Positions 50,620-64,000 of a stretch of 64,000 nucleotides of DNA are shown piece by piece; position 1 is the stretch's first letter, and every line of letters starts with the position of its first letter. The notes beneath the pieces are model-generated. The model was given only the letters and a program-made list of their open reading frames with translations, did not search any database and was not told the DNA's origin. Origin of the DNA: Eledone cirrhosa. Lineage: Eukaryota. The stretch lies in NCBI GenBank assembly GCA_964016885.1, contig OZ024746.1, forward strand, positions 58,590,001-58,654,000, given 5' to 3'. The translations under genes were made by a program, and so were the position numbers.

Positions 50620-51824
50620 TGGTAGGCTCGGTCGAATGTAGGATATTTGGTTACCAAGTGAATTACATTTCCTTTTCATTACTTACTGTCGATAGTACGA
50701 GACAGGCATGCCATATTGACACATTAGTTCAGTCAATATAAACAAACACTTTATGAAAAATTCTCATTAATGTACATTAATTGTATTTTCAAATATTGTT
50801 TAAATGAATTTTCAAAATTATGAAGACCTAATTAATATTTTTGCTGACCTAATTAATAATCATTGAAGTAACCCCATTTACGAACGCAAGAAGGCGATTG
50901 GCATTTTATCCCATGACATGCGGCTGCTGTTTATTGTTGTTGGTGTTGTTGTCCTCTATGTATATGCATGTGTACACAAGTGTGAGTGTGTATGTGTTTA
51001 TCAATCTTCACATTTATGTACTTTTGATTACGTGTGTGTGTGTGTGTGTGTATATATGTGTGTGTGTGAATATGTGTGAATTTTTATATGTATTTTATAC
51101 GTATTTTATACGTATGCTTGTATACATTTATGTGTGTATCCGCGTGTGTATCCGCGTGTGTATGTGTGTGTGTGGATATGTGTGAATGGATATATGTATG
51201 TAGTACATTCATGTGTGTATCTGTGTGTGTCTGTGTGAGTGAATATGTGTCTATGTATATATGTATGCCTGTGTACATACATTTGTGTATCTGTGTGTTT
51301 ATACGCATTTATATACGTCTGTTGTTTATATGTGTTTCCGTGTGAGTGTGTCAACGCGTGTCTGCTTATTTGTGAATAATCAGCTATGGCTATGTACATA
51401 TGTATATATGTAACTGCATGTCTCTGTTTATATAGTTTCTTGTGAAGGTGAATACGGATGTATATAAACGTGCGCTTGCATATCTGCTATTATACATATA
51501 TCTGTATATCTTCATCTGTGCCTGTTTATATGCGTATATGTGGGTGTGTTGAACAGTGAACAGGTGTGGGCGTGTATAAGGTTATGGTATCCACGAGAGT
51601 GTTATTCTGTGTGGATATGCATGTGTGTATGTGTGTGTGTGTGTGATTATGTGTACGTGTGGTGTCTTCATGATTAGAAAAAATACAATAATACATAATA
51701 CATAAAACATACGATTAAAATGAAAAAAAAACAATTCTTCATTCAATATTGGAATAATGGAATGAAGGAATGGCAGAAGCTGTTCACATTAACTTGAATA
51801 AATAGTATACATATAAATACATAT

Positions 51825-51946
<122 letters not shown>

Positions 51947-52964
51947 GGTTGTGTGTGTATGTGTGTATGTACATGTTTAAGAATTTATATATGAGCAATA
52001 AATATGTCTTGCAATGACTCATTAAAGCTCTGGCGGAACTGTTCAATTAATTCCGATATATATATATACGTGTGTATATATATATATAGATATATATGTA
52101 TATATATTTATATGTATATATATATATATGTGTGTATGTACATACATACATACATACATACATACTATATAGATATGTACATACGAACATACATTCAGGC
52201 GTACTTACATACATAAACACTGTACATTTTAGTGTATCTCAATTAAAACATATCTTACGAAAACTTTCATTTAGAATACACTCAGTAAAACCTATAAATA
52301 TTGTTAAATACCAATAAATGTTATTGGCAGATTATTGATTCAGCAGATATTCAATAGTTAGCTTAGTTATAATGCAGAGGTCCATGGATCGTATCAGTCC
52401 ATTTGCATTATCTTCTGTTCATATACATCAATTCAAACCGTTCAATGTATGAGTATTATGGATCGTGTATTTGTCTTATTGATATAGGATGTAATGACGC
52501 TCGTGAAACCTCCGTCAATTTTGACGATGTGTGCGTTCGATCACTCTATCAAATTACGTAATTTATGTATAAGAGGCTATGCAATCCATGCACACGTGTA
52601 CTCTGACGTAATTCCTAATCTAAATCAGCATTTTACCAAATATAACAGGGTTGGACTTTTGAATTACAAGTACAATCGATCTTATTTCTTATATTTTAAT
52701 GTAAGTAGTTTGGTATTTCACAGTTATGTGTAACCTTAATTTAATTCTCTGGCAAAATCAGTCTAACACAATGTTTTTAATTTAGAAGTACACATTCGAC
52801 ATGCTTTCACACCGATTTTTTGTACATAGTTTCCCTCATAATTGATAAATTACACGTGTTCAAAATGCCACGCAATGGTACCAAACGCGTGATGACAAGA
52901 TTGTCAAGCGGACTTCATTACTAACCATTCTTATGTCTACTAGTAAATAGTTATTATTTACCCA

Positions 52965-53612
52965 TGCAGAGGTTGGTAGATTGGCAGTATCGGTAGAGCG
53001 TCGAGCACAATGTTTAGCGGCTATGCTTATGAGTTCAAATCCCGCCGAGGTTAGCTTTGCATTTCATCCTTACCGGTTCGATAACATAAAGCAACGGTAA
53101 TGCACTGGGTCGATTTAATTGACGTTCGCCTCCCCTTCAAATTGCTGGCCTTGTGCCTAAAGTAGAAACACATATTTTAAAACAAAGGGCGGTGGATTGG
53201 CAGTATCGGTAGTCGGACGCAATGGTTTGCAACATAGAGTTACGGCCATTTACAGTCTGGGTTCAAATCCCGCCGAGGTTAACTTTGCCTTTCATCCTCA
53301 TGGGGTCGATAAAATAAAGTACCACGGAAGCATTGGGGTCGATTTAATCGACATTCCTCTCCCCCAAAATTACTGACCTTGTGCCTATACTAGAAATCAT
53401 TATTTACCCATACAGGTGAATTGGCAGTATCGGTAGAGGGTCGGACGCCATGCTTTCCAGTATAGTTACATCCCTTTACGGTCTGAGTTCAAATCCCGTC
53501 GAGGTTAACTTTGCCTTTCATCCTTACGAGGTCGATAATATAAAGTACCAGTAATGTACTGGGTAATTGCTGGCCTTGTGCCAAAAAGTAGAAACAATTA
53601 TTTACCCATACA
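52965..53612 (+). mobile_element. Three head-to-tail SINE family 2 copies
   Basis: ttggcagtatcggtag...gttcaaatcccgccgaggtta(a/g)ctttgc...gtagaaac at about 52980, 53197 and 53420. Junction motif ttatttacccat repeated. Confidence 0.85.
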
Positions 53613-53985
53613 CATCACCTCACAAATTGGCAGAGTTGTTCGAGCGTTAGCTTAAACGTCACGTGAGTGTTTATTCCAACTCTGTGTATCTAGCCAACTT
53701 CAAATTTGAATATAATAATTTCTTCTTTCTGGATTGATAAACAGTTTACCAGTCTACGATAGTTGATTGTCGTTGTGTTTGACGAGATGCCTTGTGCTAT
53801 ATGTTATGATATTCTACACTCTGAGTGCAAATCCTACGCCTTGCCACTGGAAAGTTTGCTACATCATAAATCTGAATGCCATTATTTCCCGAAGAAACAT
53901 TCTATGAAGTGCCGGGTAAACCTACGGAGTTCTCAGCCATAAAGGCAAATATGAAATAGTTAAACCATTACTATATTAACTAAAT

Positions 53986-54242
53986 CAGTCATGAGCAACC
54001 TGCGCCCCGCGAAGCTTTCTGAATGGCTCGCCTAAGTCATTTAAGTGAAATATTTCTGATTTTTGTAACCTAGGTTTTCAGTCGTAAATTATCTTTCTAT
54101 CATCTTTACGATCGAAACAAATCAAAACAACCTGAGTTACCACCCTTTTTAAATATGGGCAAGAATGTAGATTAGCCCTTGCGGCCCGCATGATGAGGCA
54201 TATCTCATGCGGTCCGATTCTCGAAAAAGGTTCCCATGCCTG
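53986..54242. mobile_element. hAT (Charlie-like) MITE
   Basis: Imperfect TIRs cagtcatgagcaacct / aggttcccatgcctg; internal gcggcccgc motifs; degenerate 8-bp TSD aactaaat / gtctaaat. Confidence 0.65.
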
Positions 54243-54387
54243 GTCTAAATCATTATTATCAATGGAACATACTTCATCGATATCGCCTGTACAAGTAGTT
54301 GTTGATTTGCTCACGTATATAGAGTTCTCCTGCAGTTAATATTTGAACGTTCTATAGATGCATTTACAAAAAACCGTCTTTTCAATA

Positions 54388-54577
54388 TACGAGGATCAGG
54401 TGTAAAATTCACAGATCGACCAAGTTACTCTCATAGGGTGAACAAATAAGGTTCATTTTTCAACATTGTCACTGGAAATAAACAGTAAAAAGAAGACTTG
54501 AAATGAATGCACACAAATTTTCACAACTCTGGTATCACTGCATCATAGTCAGTATATGAACTGTTCAACCCTCGTAT
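54388..54577. mobile_element. Tc1/mariner-type MITE remnant
   Basis: TA-CGAGG... at left and ...CCTCG-TA at right, with degenerate TIRs; a related end is at about 49888. Confidence 0.4.
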
Positions 54578-55125
54578 ACAAACGCAGTTACGTACGTGTG
54601 TATATATATGTCTGTCGGTACGTATATACATACATATAAGTGCATTGTGGTTGTATGTTAGTGAGTGTGTGTGCATTTGCTGTATGTATGTGTATGTATG
54701 CACAAAAGGCAATAGGCAATCCTAAAATGTCGTCCAGAATTTTATAATTATCGTTTCAGGCACACATCTATACTATCATATAAGAAGTTCAGGTGCACTA
54801 TAGTTACCTGTTTAATTATACACAGCCTATATGAATTTGGCATCCATATGCTTGAGAAGTTCTCAGAAAAAATGCCAGACGCCTAAAACTATAATATATG
54901 TAACATGCCAATGTACTTTCTGTTGTACATGTGAATGTATTTTCTGTTGTTTAATTCTAGGGACATTCAGTATATCACTACTAAAATTTAGCTGTTCATC
55001 AACATCTTTACAATAGCGTATCACTAAAATATTCACAGGCGCTCACAGACGTCTAATACAAGTTGACATCTCAATTTCTTTTTTCGTTTCATTCAAGTGA
55101 CGTTTCTGAGAAAGTGATTACCATA

Positions 55126-55232
<107 letters not shown>

Positions 55233-55516
55233 TGTGCGCGCGTGTGTGCGTATATATGTGTATTTATGTGTGTTGCTGTGTGTGTTTGTGTGTGTATATG
55301 TGTGTGTGTGTGCATGCATATTCTTTTATCATTTCACTGGTTCCAATCATTAGTTTGCAGCCATACTTACATACATAAGCAAACACCCACCTACACATGG
55401 ACCTACGCCCATACAAACACACACACACATACACACATATATATATATATACATACATACATATGTGCATATATGTATATATATATATAAATATATGTAT
55501 ATATATATATGTGTGT

Positions 55517-55557
<41 letters not shown>

Positions 55558-55558
55558 C

Positions 55559-55597
<39 letters not shown>

Positions 55598-55619
55598 CAT
55601 TTATATGTATATATATTTA

Positions 55620-55741
<122 letters not shown>

Positions 55742-56240
55742 TATATACATATGAATACCATTGTTGTTTCGTTCGATATTCTAGCTATTTCGGTGTAGCT
55801 CACACCTATATACACATATACACATGTACATAAACAGTCGTATACACATACAGGCCGTCAACATATCTATCTAGTCAATAATACCGACATTTAGTGACAA
55901 GTGAGCTGTTCCCATGTTCAGATTCCTGTTAAAACAAAACAAAAAACTATATTGGCATTAATATTGACGTCCATCAGATGTCAACACGAACGATGAATTG
56001 AGTTGGAATATGTTTTGTGGGGCATTTTTCTACAATAGTTTAGTATATTTACTGCTGATTTCTACACAACTTCTTTTCAACATTGTGCAGTAACTAAATT
56101 TAAACTCCTGTGTCTTTTTCTTATCCACCATATCACCTATACCACAGCGACGTTTGCGCCGTGCTTTTAAGTAGTGCATTTATTCAAATCATATTACGTT
56201 ACATCTATCTTCCTCTGTCTCACTCTCTCTCTCTCCATCA

Positions 56241-56327
<87 letters not shown>

Positions 56328-56345
56328 TATATATATATATATATA

Positions 56346-57484
56346 TCTATATATATAAAGCTGTGGTTGTCTGTCTGTCTATCGATTTTTGGCACACATC
56401 TCCTCTTAGAATCTCTCACGGAATTGCACCGAAATTGCTATACTTGTACATTGAGCCCTAGCGAAGACATCGGAAAAAAATATTTCAAATTGACCCACCC
56501 TATGTGACGAAATCGAATATAATGTATCGATTTTTGAGCGTAAGTTATCAGTTATTTCCCTTTGTTCTGTTTACATTGAGCGTCTTACGTAAAAAATTAC
56601 GCTGGCTTTCTCAGCGTTTAAAATGACATTAACACAATACACGAACAGTTGTCGAGCCAGCAAAATATTGACCTGCAAAATTCATCAGTTCGAACACTAA
56701 GCTTCCGTTTTGCTTCATTTCCATTTAAAAGCATTTTAAAACAATATTTTTACTTGAAAACAAGTCTATTTAAAGACTACGTAAAACAAGCAAATATTTC
56801 GTCGTTAGGCGTGCAGACAGACAGTCGTGCAGACAGACAGTCGTGCAGACAGACAGTCGTGCAGACAGACAGTCGTGCAGACAGACAGTCGTGCAGACAG
56901 ACAGTCGTGCAGACAGACAGTCGTGCAGACAGACAGTCGTGCAGACAGACAGTCGTGCAGACAGACAGTCGTGCAGACAGACAGTCGTGCAGACAGACAG
57001 TCGTGCAGACAGACAGTCGTGCAGACAGACAGTCGTGCAGAGAGGTGATATACGCGTGCAGACAGATAGTCGTGCAGAGAGGTGATATAGGCGTGCAGAC
57101 AGACAGTCGTGCAGAGAGGTGATATAGGCGTGCAGACAGACAGTCGTGCAGAGAGGTGATATAGGCGTGCAGACAGACATAACTGATAATTTGGTTACGC
57201 TAATGTTTTTCTCTGCGTTGCAGTGTTTACATTTTCGATCTTTGTTAATAAATAACCAGTGCAGTTTCTATCCCCAGCATCCTCTTTTGTTATAACATTC
57301 GGGTTATCGTTATGTTTTCTTAACTTCATAAGGCATATTGTTGGTTGAGGGAATATTAATCAAAAACACCACATGCAAGTCTGCACAGTAGACACTACAG
57401 TTTTTAAGCCAAGAAAGAAACTTAACATTGTAACTTTAACACAGCTACTGAGCGACCTCGAGCAACGCCGGGCTTTACTGCTAG
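56346..57484 (+). mobile_element. Non-autonomous Helitron
   Basis: A|TCTATATATATAAAG...gtctgtctgtct 5' end; 3' hairpin ctcgagcaacgccggg followed by CTAG|T. Confidence 0.75.
56809..57180 (+). repeat. 16-bp minisatellite (GTGCAGACAGACAGTC) x about 14, changing to a 37-bp compound unit
   Basis: Directly visible; later units add agaggtgatataggc. Confidence 0.95.
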
Positions 57485-57607
57485 TATATATATAAAGAAT
57501 TAGTATATCTACTAACATATATATACAGATGCATACCTATGCCGGCAAATATATAGGTTTTGTCTTAGTAACTTTGTGGTTCAATGCATGGGGATGCAGA
57601 ACAATAA

Positions 57608-58303
<696 letters not shown>

Positions 58304-58338
58304 ATATATATATATATATATATATGTATATTACGTTA

Positions 58339-58390
<52 letters not shown>

Positions 58391-58500
58391 GTTCTCTCTT
58401 TCTCTCTAGCTCTCACTCTATATATATATATTTATATGTATATATACATATAAATATATATATATATATATATGTGTGTGTGTATGTTTGTATGTATATA

Positions 58501-58559
<59 letters not shown>

Positions 58560-58561
<2 letters not shown>

Positions 58562-58960
58562 CAGTTCACTCTGGAGTGCTGCTGGTAACATGTAACCCAG
58601 TACAAGCTGTCTCATGGTCGGGTGCTCGTCGACTAAACTGGCACTTCACCAAGCTTGCTTGGTGAGGAGGGTGATATTTGTAGACCCTGCGGGATGAAAT
58701 ACAGACCGGGCGAAGGGCTGAGGAACTCAGCAGAGTCAACGGCCATCCAAGTAGTACATCTTTTCATCTGGGAGGGCTGGGAGGGAAAGGCCCCTAGTAG
58801 TTGCCACAACATCTTTCTAAGAGAAGGAAACTCGGAAAATACCCTGCGGCTTCGATAAAATCCGATGATGTTGACCAGTTCTCCTTTTCGGGTAGTGTTT
58901 TCGATGCTCAGTGATGGGATTGGTCGAGTGCAAGGCCTTTCCCCACTTAAAAAACCTTCA
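58560..58960 (+). mobile_element. 5' region of an RTE/BovB-like element (homologous to 13090-13545)
   Basis: ccagtacaagctgtctcatggtcggg..cgactaaactggc..caccaagcttgcttggtgaggaggg..ctaagagaaggaaactc. Confidence 0.5.
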
Positions 58961-59342
58961 AAGTGCAGTCATTGCTTCCTCAGAATATGTTACATGTTCA
59001 TGTGGTTGGCCGTAACCTAAATATGCACCATTTTCCGTAATCTGACAAACAATTGCAATACTCTTAGCAGAGTTTGCAGCTACCACGTATATATATGAAG
59101 CGAAAGGCTTCGAATTCATTGCTACATTTCCAGTTAGAAAATATGCATTCAGTGATCATTCAGTTAATATTTCAGTGGTTTTTCTATACTAGGCAGTTTT
59201 AACAAACGTTCTAATACAGACATACTCACTCAGATCTGTATATATATATATATATATGTGTGAGTGTATGTGTGTTTGTGTTTGTGTGTGCGTGTGTGTG
59301 TGTGTATGTGTGTGTGTGTGTCTGTGTGTATGCGTGTGTGTG

Positions 59343-59406
<64 letters not shown>

Positions 59407-61979
59407 GTGTGTGTGCGTGTGTGTGTGTGTGTGCGTGTGTGTGTGTGTGTGTGTATGCGTGTGTATGTGTGTGCCTGTTTGCTTGTGTGTGTGATGTGCA
59501 GGAGACTGCACAGTTTTTTATTCTAAAATATGTTTCAATTGTTTCGCTAGACTCGTCTCAAATATTTTATTTAATCTAGATACTACTTCGTCAGCCTATT
59601 TTGACGTCTGCTATAATTGTCGTAATTTGTTTGTTCAAATATGAAAGAGCTCCAAGGAAAGTGAGCATAGACTAAGAAATAGATAGAAAATATGGTTTAC
59701 GGAAGATTATTAGATCCAGTCATTAGAAAACCTACACGTTAGTATTTGGAGCTTAAACGAAGGAAATAAAAGGAGAAACCTTTCTAAAATATAATTATAC
59801 GAAAGTTTTGAATTTTAAAGGAGAGTCCGAGAGGGAATAGGTTCGGTGATATCAATAGTTAATGAATGGAAACCGTGTCTCATAGAGTTGTTATCCTGGT
59901 GTTGGTGTGATTTTCACAGCTCTTGTATATCAATGTGTATGCGTGGAGGAAGTCATTGTTTTAATTATATCCTATACTTTGGTCTTACACAACTGGAACC
60001 ATTAGATTGCAGTCGGAAATATTTGCAGGATCCTACATTCAATAGAGGAATTTGTGCTGCTGTCTGTGAGATCTCAAATGCAACTGAAGAGATTTTAAAT
60101 CTGTCTTCTGACATTCACACGTAGAACTTGATAGCTTGCTGTCTATTTTGTCGATACGTGAAGATTTCAGCCCCGTATATCATAGAAGCCTCAACTTTCT
60201 GGTCTTCACCATGAACAGAGGCTCATTGTTATGCTGGTGACGTAGGATCTTGCATTTTTGATACAAAAGTAGATTTTTAAACTCTATGTCTGCTAAACAT
60301 CTTTCAATATTTATAGCCTACATGGAAAAGCCTGTCTATAAGAGCTAAGAAATTTTTTGTACATTCAGTTTAACATTTAGTGGCAAAAGGGTGTATATGA
60401 AGTAATATTCCTATTATGGTATTTCTATTATTTCTAGTATTTGGCTGTTGGTCAAGGGAATCGAAATACTTATCATTAAAGCCCTTGATGTCCAGGGCTT
60501 TATTTTAGGACATTAAAGATATACCTATTTGTAGGCCTTACATATGTTAGCTTCTATATGTTAGCTACTATATTTCTGAAGATTGTGTTTGTGTGACTTG
60601 AGCTCCTGGTGATTTCTCCATGCAGGTCCTTTGGTTTGTACTAAGTCTTATATGTATGTTAGTTTAGGTATCTATGTCCATGTATGTAAGCGTGGTGGTA
60701 TTTATATACGCATGCGTACCAGTCAGGTGAATAAGAATTTAACAAAAAACGTATAAAATATCTTGACTGAAATTTTGATTCAAATAACTTTCATGTAGTC
60801 TGTTATCAATTTTTCAGTTGTTGAAAATATTATTCTTCCACCAGATCTATGAAATTATTTACGCTAACTGCGCAAAAATAATCTTATTACACGAATTAAT
60901 ATCGAGAATAAATACGCTTTCTTCTGATATGTGACATATAATATTTTCTTTCTTCTTAGCAATATATTTTAACTTCGTCGTTTTTCCCAAATGGCATAGA
61001 GTAGTAAACTGAAAAAGAAGAAAGAAATATTTTTATTCTATATGGCTTTTATATATTTAAATGCCTCTCGTATACGTTAGCTGACCACCAGTAGATGCAT
61101 TACGTATGTAAATGGATCCCTTTGTGTGGTGACCTTAATTGCTTTACTACTTCAAGATTTCTCCAGGGATATACGTTGTCTTACAAATCTCTTCACGTTT
61201 TCTCAAAACTTTACGTGTTAGCATTTTAGTTGCAATGTTTTATGAGAAACTCAGTAGATATTTTTCCACTAGAGGTTTCAAGGAATCTGTACGCCATCAA
61301 CTGCAATATTTTATTCTCAAGAGACTCAGAGACTTTGTTTCTGCCTGTAGGATGTTTGTACCACCATATTAAAATTTGACACACTGACTTCTAATTTTAA
61401 AGTGCATCTAAATATTAGTTACTACTAAATATTAACTCGGGTTCACAAAACACGCTTTAATGTAGCCTCTATATGATCGCTCGTTTTGCTAGAATGAATA
61501 CCCGAATGTCGATCAAGCAATGACATTAAACGTTTCTAAAGGAGGCTGCTCTTTACAATTTTCACATCTGACATTCGAAGCCAAATCTTAACTAAGGTCT
61601 TTATACAAAATGGAAGTGTTTTAGATAAATATACACGTTTTAAAAATAAACAGTTTTGTTAATACAAACAGTGTGTTTTTATATGGTTTGGTATTAAAAC
61701 TGCTGAGGGAATGTCAAACGTACTATACACTATAAGTAAAAAAGTATGGGAATGATGTGGAGCCAAACAAAGGTATATATACCTTCGTATTAAAGATTCA
61801 ACACTTCCTACGTCGTACCTGTTGAAAATATAGGTATTCTTGTAGATTTTGATGTAATATATAATAATATATAGTGCGGATTTGGGATTACAGAGCATAA
61901 TACTAAAACGTGGAATTGTGGATTAATTAAATACGTGTATGGGATTGTGTTGGTTTGTATTCACATATTGCACATTCGT

Positions 61980-62107
61980 AAAGCTGTCGAAACGGCAAGA
62001 GCTACTCCATCGAGGAGCAACACTTTTTAATATATATATAGGGAAAGAGTTAGGACCCCGATGGCTGAGCTCCGGCCGTTTCGAGTTTCGACTGCTAGAT
62101 CCGGTCT
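61980..62107. mobile_element. Two family B-like half-HHR fragments on either side of a TA run
   Basis: gctgtcGAAAcggcaagagct on plus strand, and taggaccccgatggctgagctccggccgtttcga (minus strand). Confidence 0.55.
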
Positions 62108-62245
62108 CATATATATCCGAACTCTCTCTCACTCTCTCTCTCTTTCTCTCTATATATAGAGAGAGAAAGAGCGAGAGTGAGAGAGAAAGAGGGAGAGAGA
62201 GAGGGGATGGGGAGAAAAAATGATAGATAGATAATTATATTATAT

Positions 62246-62306
<61 letters not shown>

Positions 62307-62917
62307 TATGCATGTATCTATATACGTTTTTTATATGCATTTATATACGTGTAAGCGTGAATTTCTAAGAGGTTGTGTGTGTGTGTCTATATGTATGGTA
62401 ATGGTTGTGTGTAACTTTCGAGCTCCTACAGATACAATTAATGCATATATAGTTGAAAAGTTTACAAGACAGTTCACATAATTGAGTGATTCCCATCCCG
62501 CAGCTGTAATCTGCCGCTTGTCACTATATTCAACAGAACCCATTAAATATATTATATATGCACACACCCACACACAAACATATGTATACATACATGCATG
62601 TATATATATATATATATATACATATATAATTGTGTGTATGTGTATATATATATATATATATATACATAAATATAAGTGTGTGTGTCTGTATGTATATATA
62701 TACATATATAAGTGAGTGTATGTAAATATATATGTATGTATAAGTAGAGAGAGATGGAAAGAGAGGTAGATAGACATATGTAAATGCACAAGAACATACA
62801 TACACGCATACGTACGTACGTACATACATACATACATGCATGCATACATACATACATACATACATACATACATACATACATACATACATACATACATACA
62901 TACATACATACATACAC

Positions 62918-64000
62918 CCGATTAAGAAAAATCTGGTCATCGGAATTCTCTGCGCAAAACAAAACAGTGGTTCACAATGTGTTTGCTGTGCCTGTCCTAA
63001 CACCAACGTTTGGAATACTCAATTGGATGATAGACGAAATCCGAGCAGTTGATGTTGGAACTCGAAAAATACTAAACAACACCGGAAACTTCCACATCAA
63101 CAGTGACATAGACCGCCTTTACTTGAGACGTAAGCAGGGAGGCAGAGACCTAACATCAGTCCAGACAACATTTGAATGTCGCATCATATCTCTCCGACAA
63201 CATCTAGGAACCTCGAAGCGTAGGAGCCCGTTTCTCGAGCAAGTCTATCTGCATGAAACAGATAAGATCATGAGAGTTGGGAAGGAACTCCTCGAGAGAT
63301 ATTCCCTGTGTGATAATCAAAAACTCACACCCAGGGAAGTTGCTCAGCAGTATCGCAGTGAATCCATGGATGAAAAACTGCATACTTATCAGCAAAAAAT
63401 CATGCATGGATATGTTGCCAGGAAGCTCCAGAGTGAGAGTAATATAGATAAGGAAAGTAGTCTATCTTGGACCAACAACCGCTATATTGGCTCCCACTTT
63501 GAAGGATACGCTTTTGCAATCCAAGAACAGGAGATTAACATGAAATACCTGATTCACAAAAGAGATAGGGATGCAGGCAAAACACCTAGATGTGATAACA
63601 AGTACAGACTCTGCAGAACTAACATCGAGGATATCACCCATGTCATCAGCACTTGTCCATAGATGTCATCGCGGTACTATCTACCTATGAGGCATGATGT
63701 AGTGGCCAAAACACTGTACAATGCAGTTCATAAAAAGATAGCCTCGATAATAAACACATTAAAAGCTACAACAATGTGGAAGACATCCATGTACATAATA
63801 TGAAAGAGTACTGGTGGAATATTCCAGTAAAAACCCCAATAAAATGCAGGCATAACAGACCAGTATTATGATATGGGACAGGGAGAAGAAAGCATGCACA
63901 GTAGTGGAAATTAGCTTCCCAGCAGATGCCAATATAATATCAAAGATTAGTGAAAAGGAGAATATTTATGCAGAACTGATGAGGAAACTACAGATACTCC
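62918..64000 (+). pseudogene. R4/Dong LINE, third family, 5'-truncated at a (CATA)n tract and running off the window
   Basis: RLRKIWSSEFSAQNK..SDIDRLYLRRKQGGRDL..EGYAFAIQEQEI..RLCRTNIEDITHVISTCP..RHDVVAK..HNRP. Confidence 0.88.

Noticed and set aside
56649-57180. Repetitive QTDSRADRQSCR ORFs, and a possible CRISPR-like array
   Set aside because: Product of a stop-free 16-bp tandem repeat; no unique spacers or cas genes; eukaryotic context.
59850-60350. Degraded RTE-like RT remnant on minus strand (MIYGAEIFTYR)
   Set aside because: A single short motif with no supporting frame; needs BLASTX.

Overview
AT-rich, microsatellite-saturated eukaryotic non-coding DNA, most likely from an octopus or other cephalopod (inferred from the tRNA-derived SINE families and the (TA)n/(CA)n/(CATA)n density). 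No host protein-coding exon could be recognised. Most track ORFs are microsatellite artefacts. The real coding remnants are all retrotransposons: (1) a decayed full-length Penelope-like element (PLE, Neptune type, RT + GIY-YIG) with an inverted pseudo-LTR (pLTR) at 22.7-27.9 kb; (2) a nearly intact Tx1/L1 LINE inserted in (AAT)n at 28.9-34.9 kb; (3) a head-to-tail stack of R4/Dong LINEs separated by (TAA)n at 34.9-43.6 kb, plus one more at the window end; (4) RTE fragments. SINEs, a non-autonomous Helitron and two MITEs are also present. The most striking signal is about ten short non-coding fold-back (inverted-repeat) elements from several unrelated sequence families, almost all embedded in (TA)n. 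Many carry a type I hammerhead ribozyme (HHR) motif (CUGANGA...GAAA...UH) in each arm, with both ribozymes pointing outward. I read about 17 complete HHR motifs and several half motifs by eye. One locus has tandem 424-nt HHR monomers (retrozyme-like), and several inversion junctions fall inside HHR stem-loop II. All structures were read manually; no folding or database searches were run, and boundaries are approximate unless stated.
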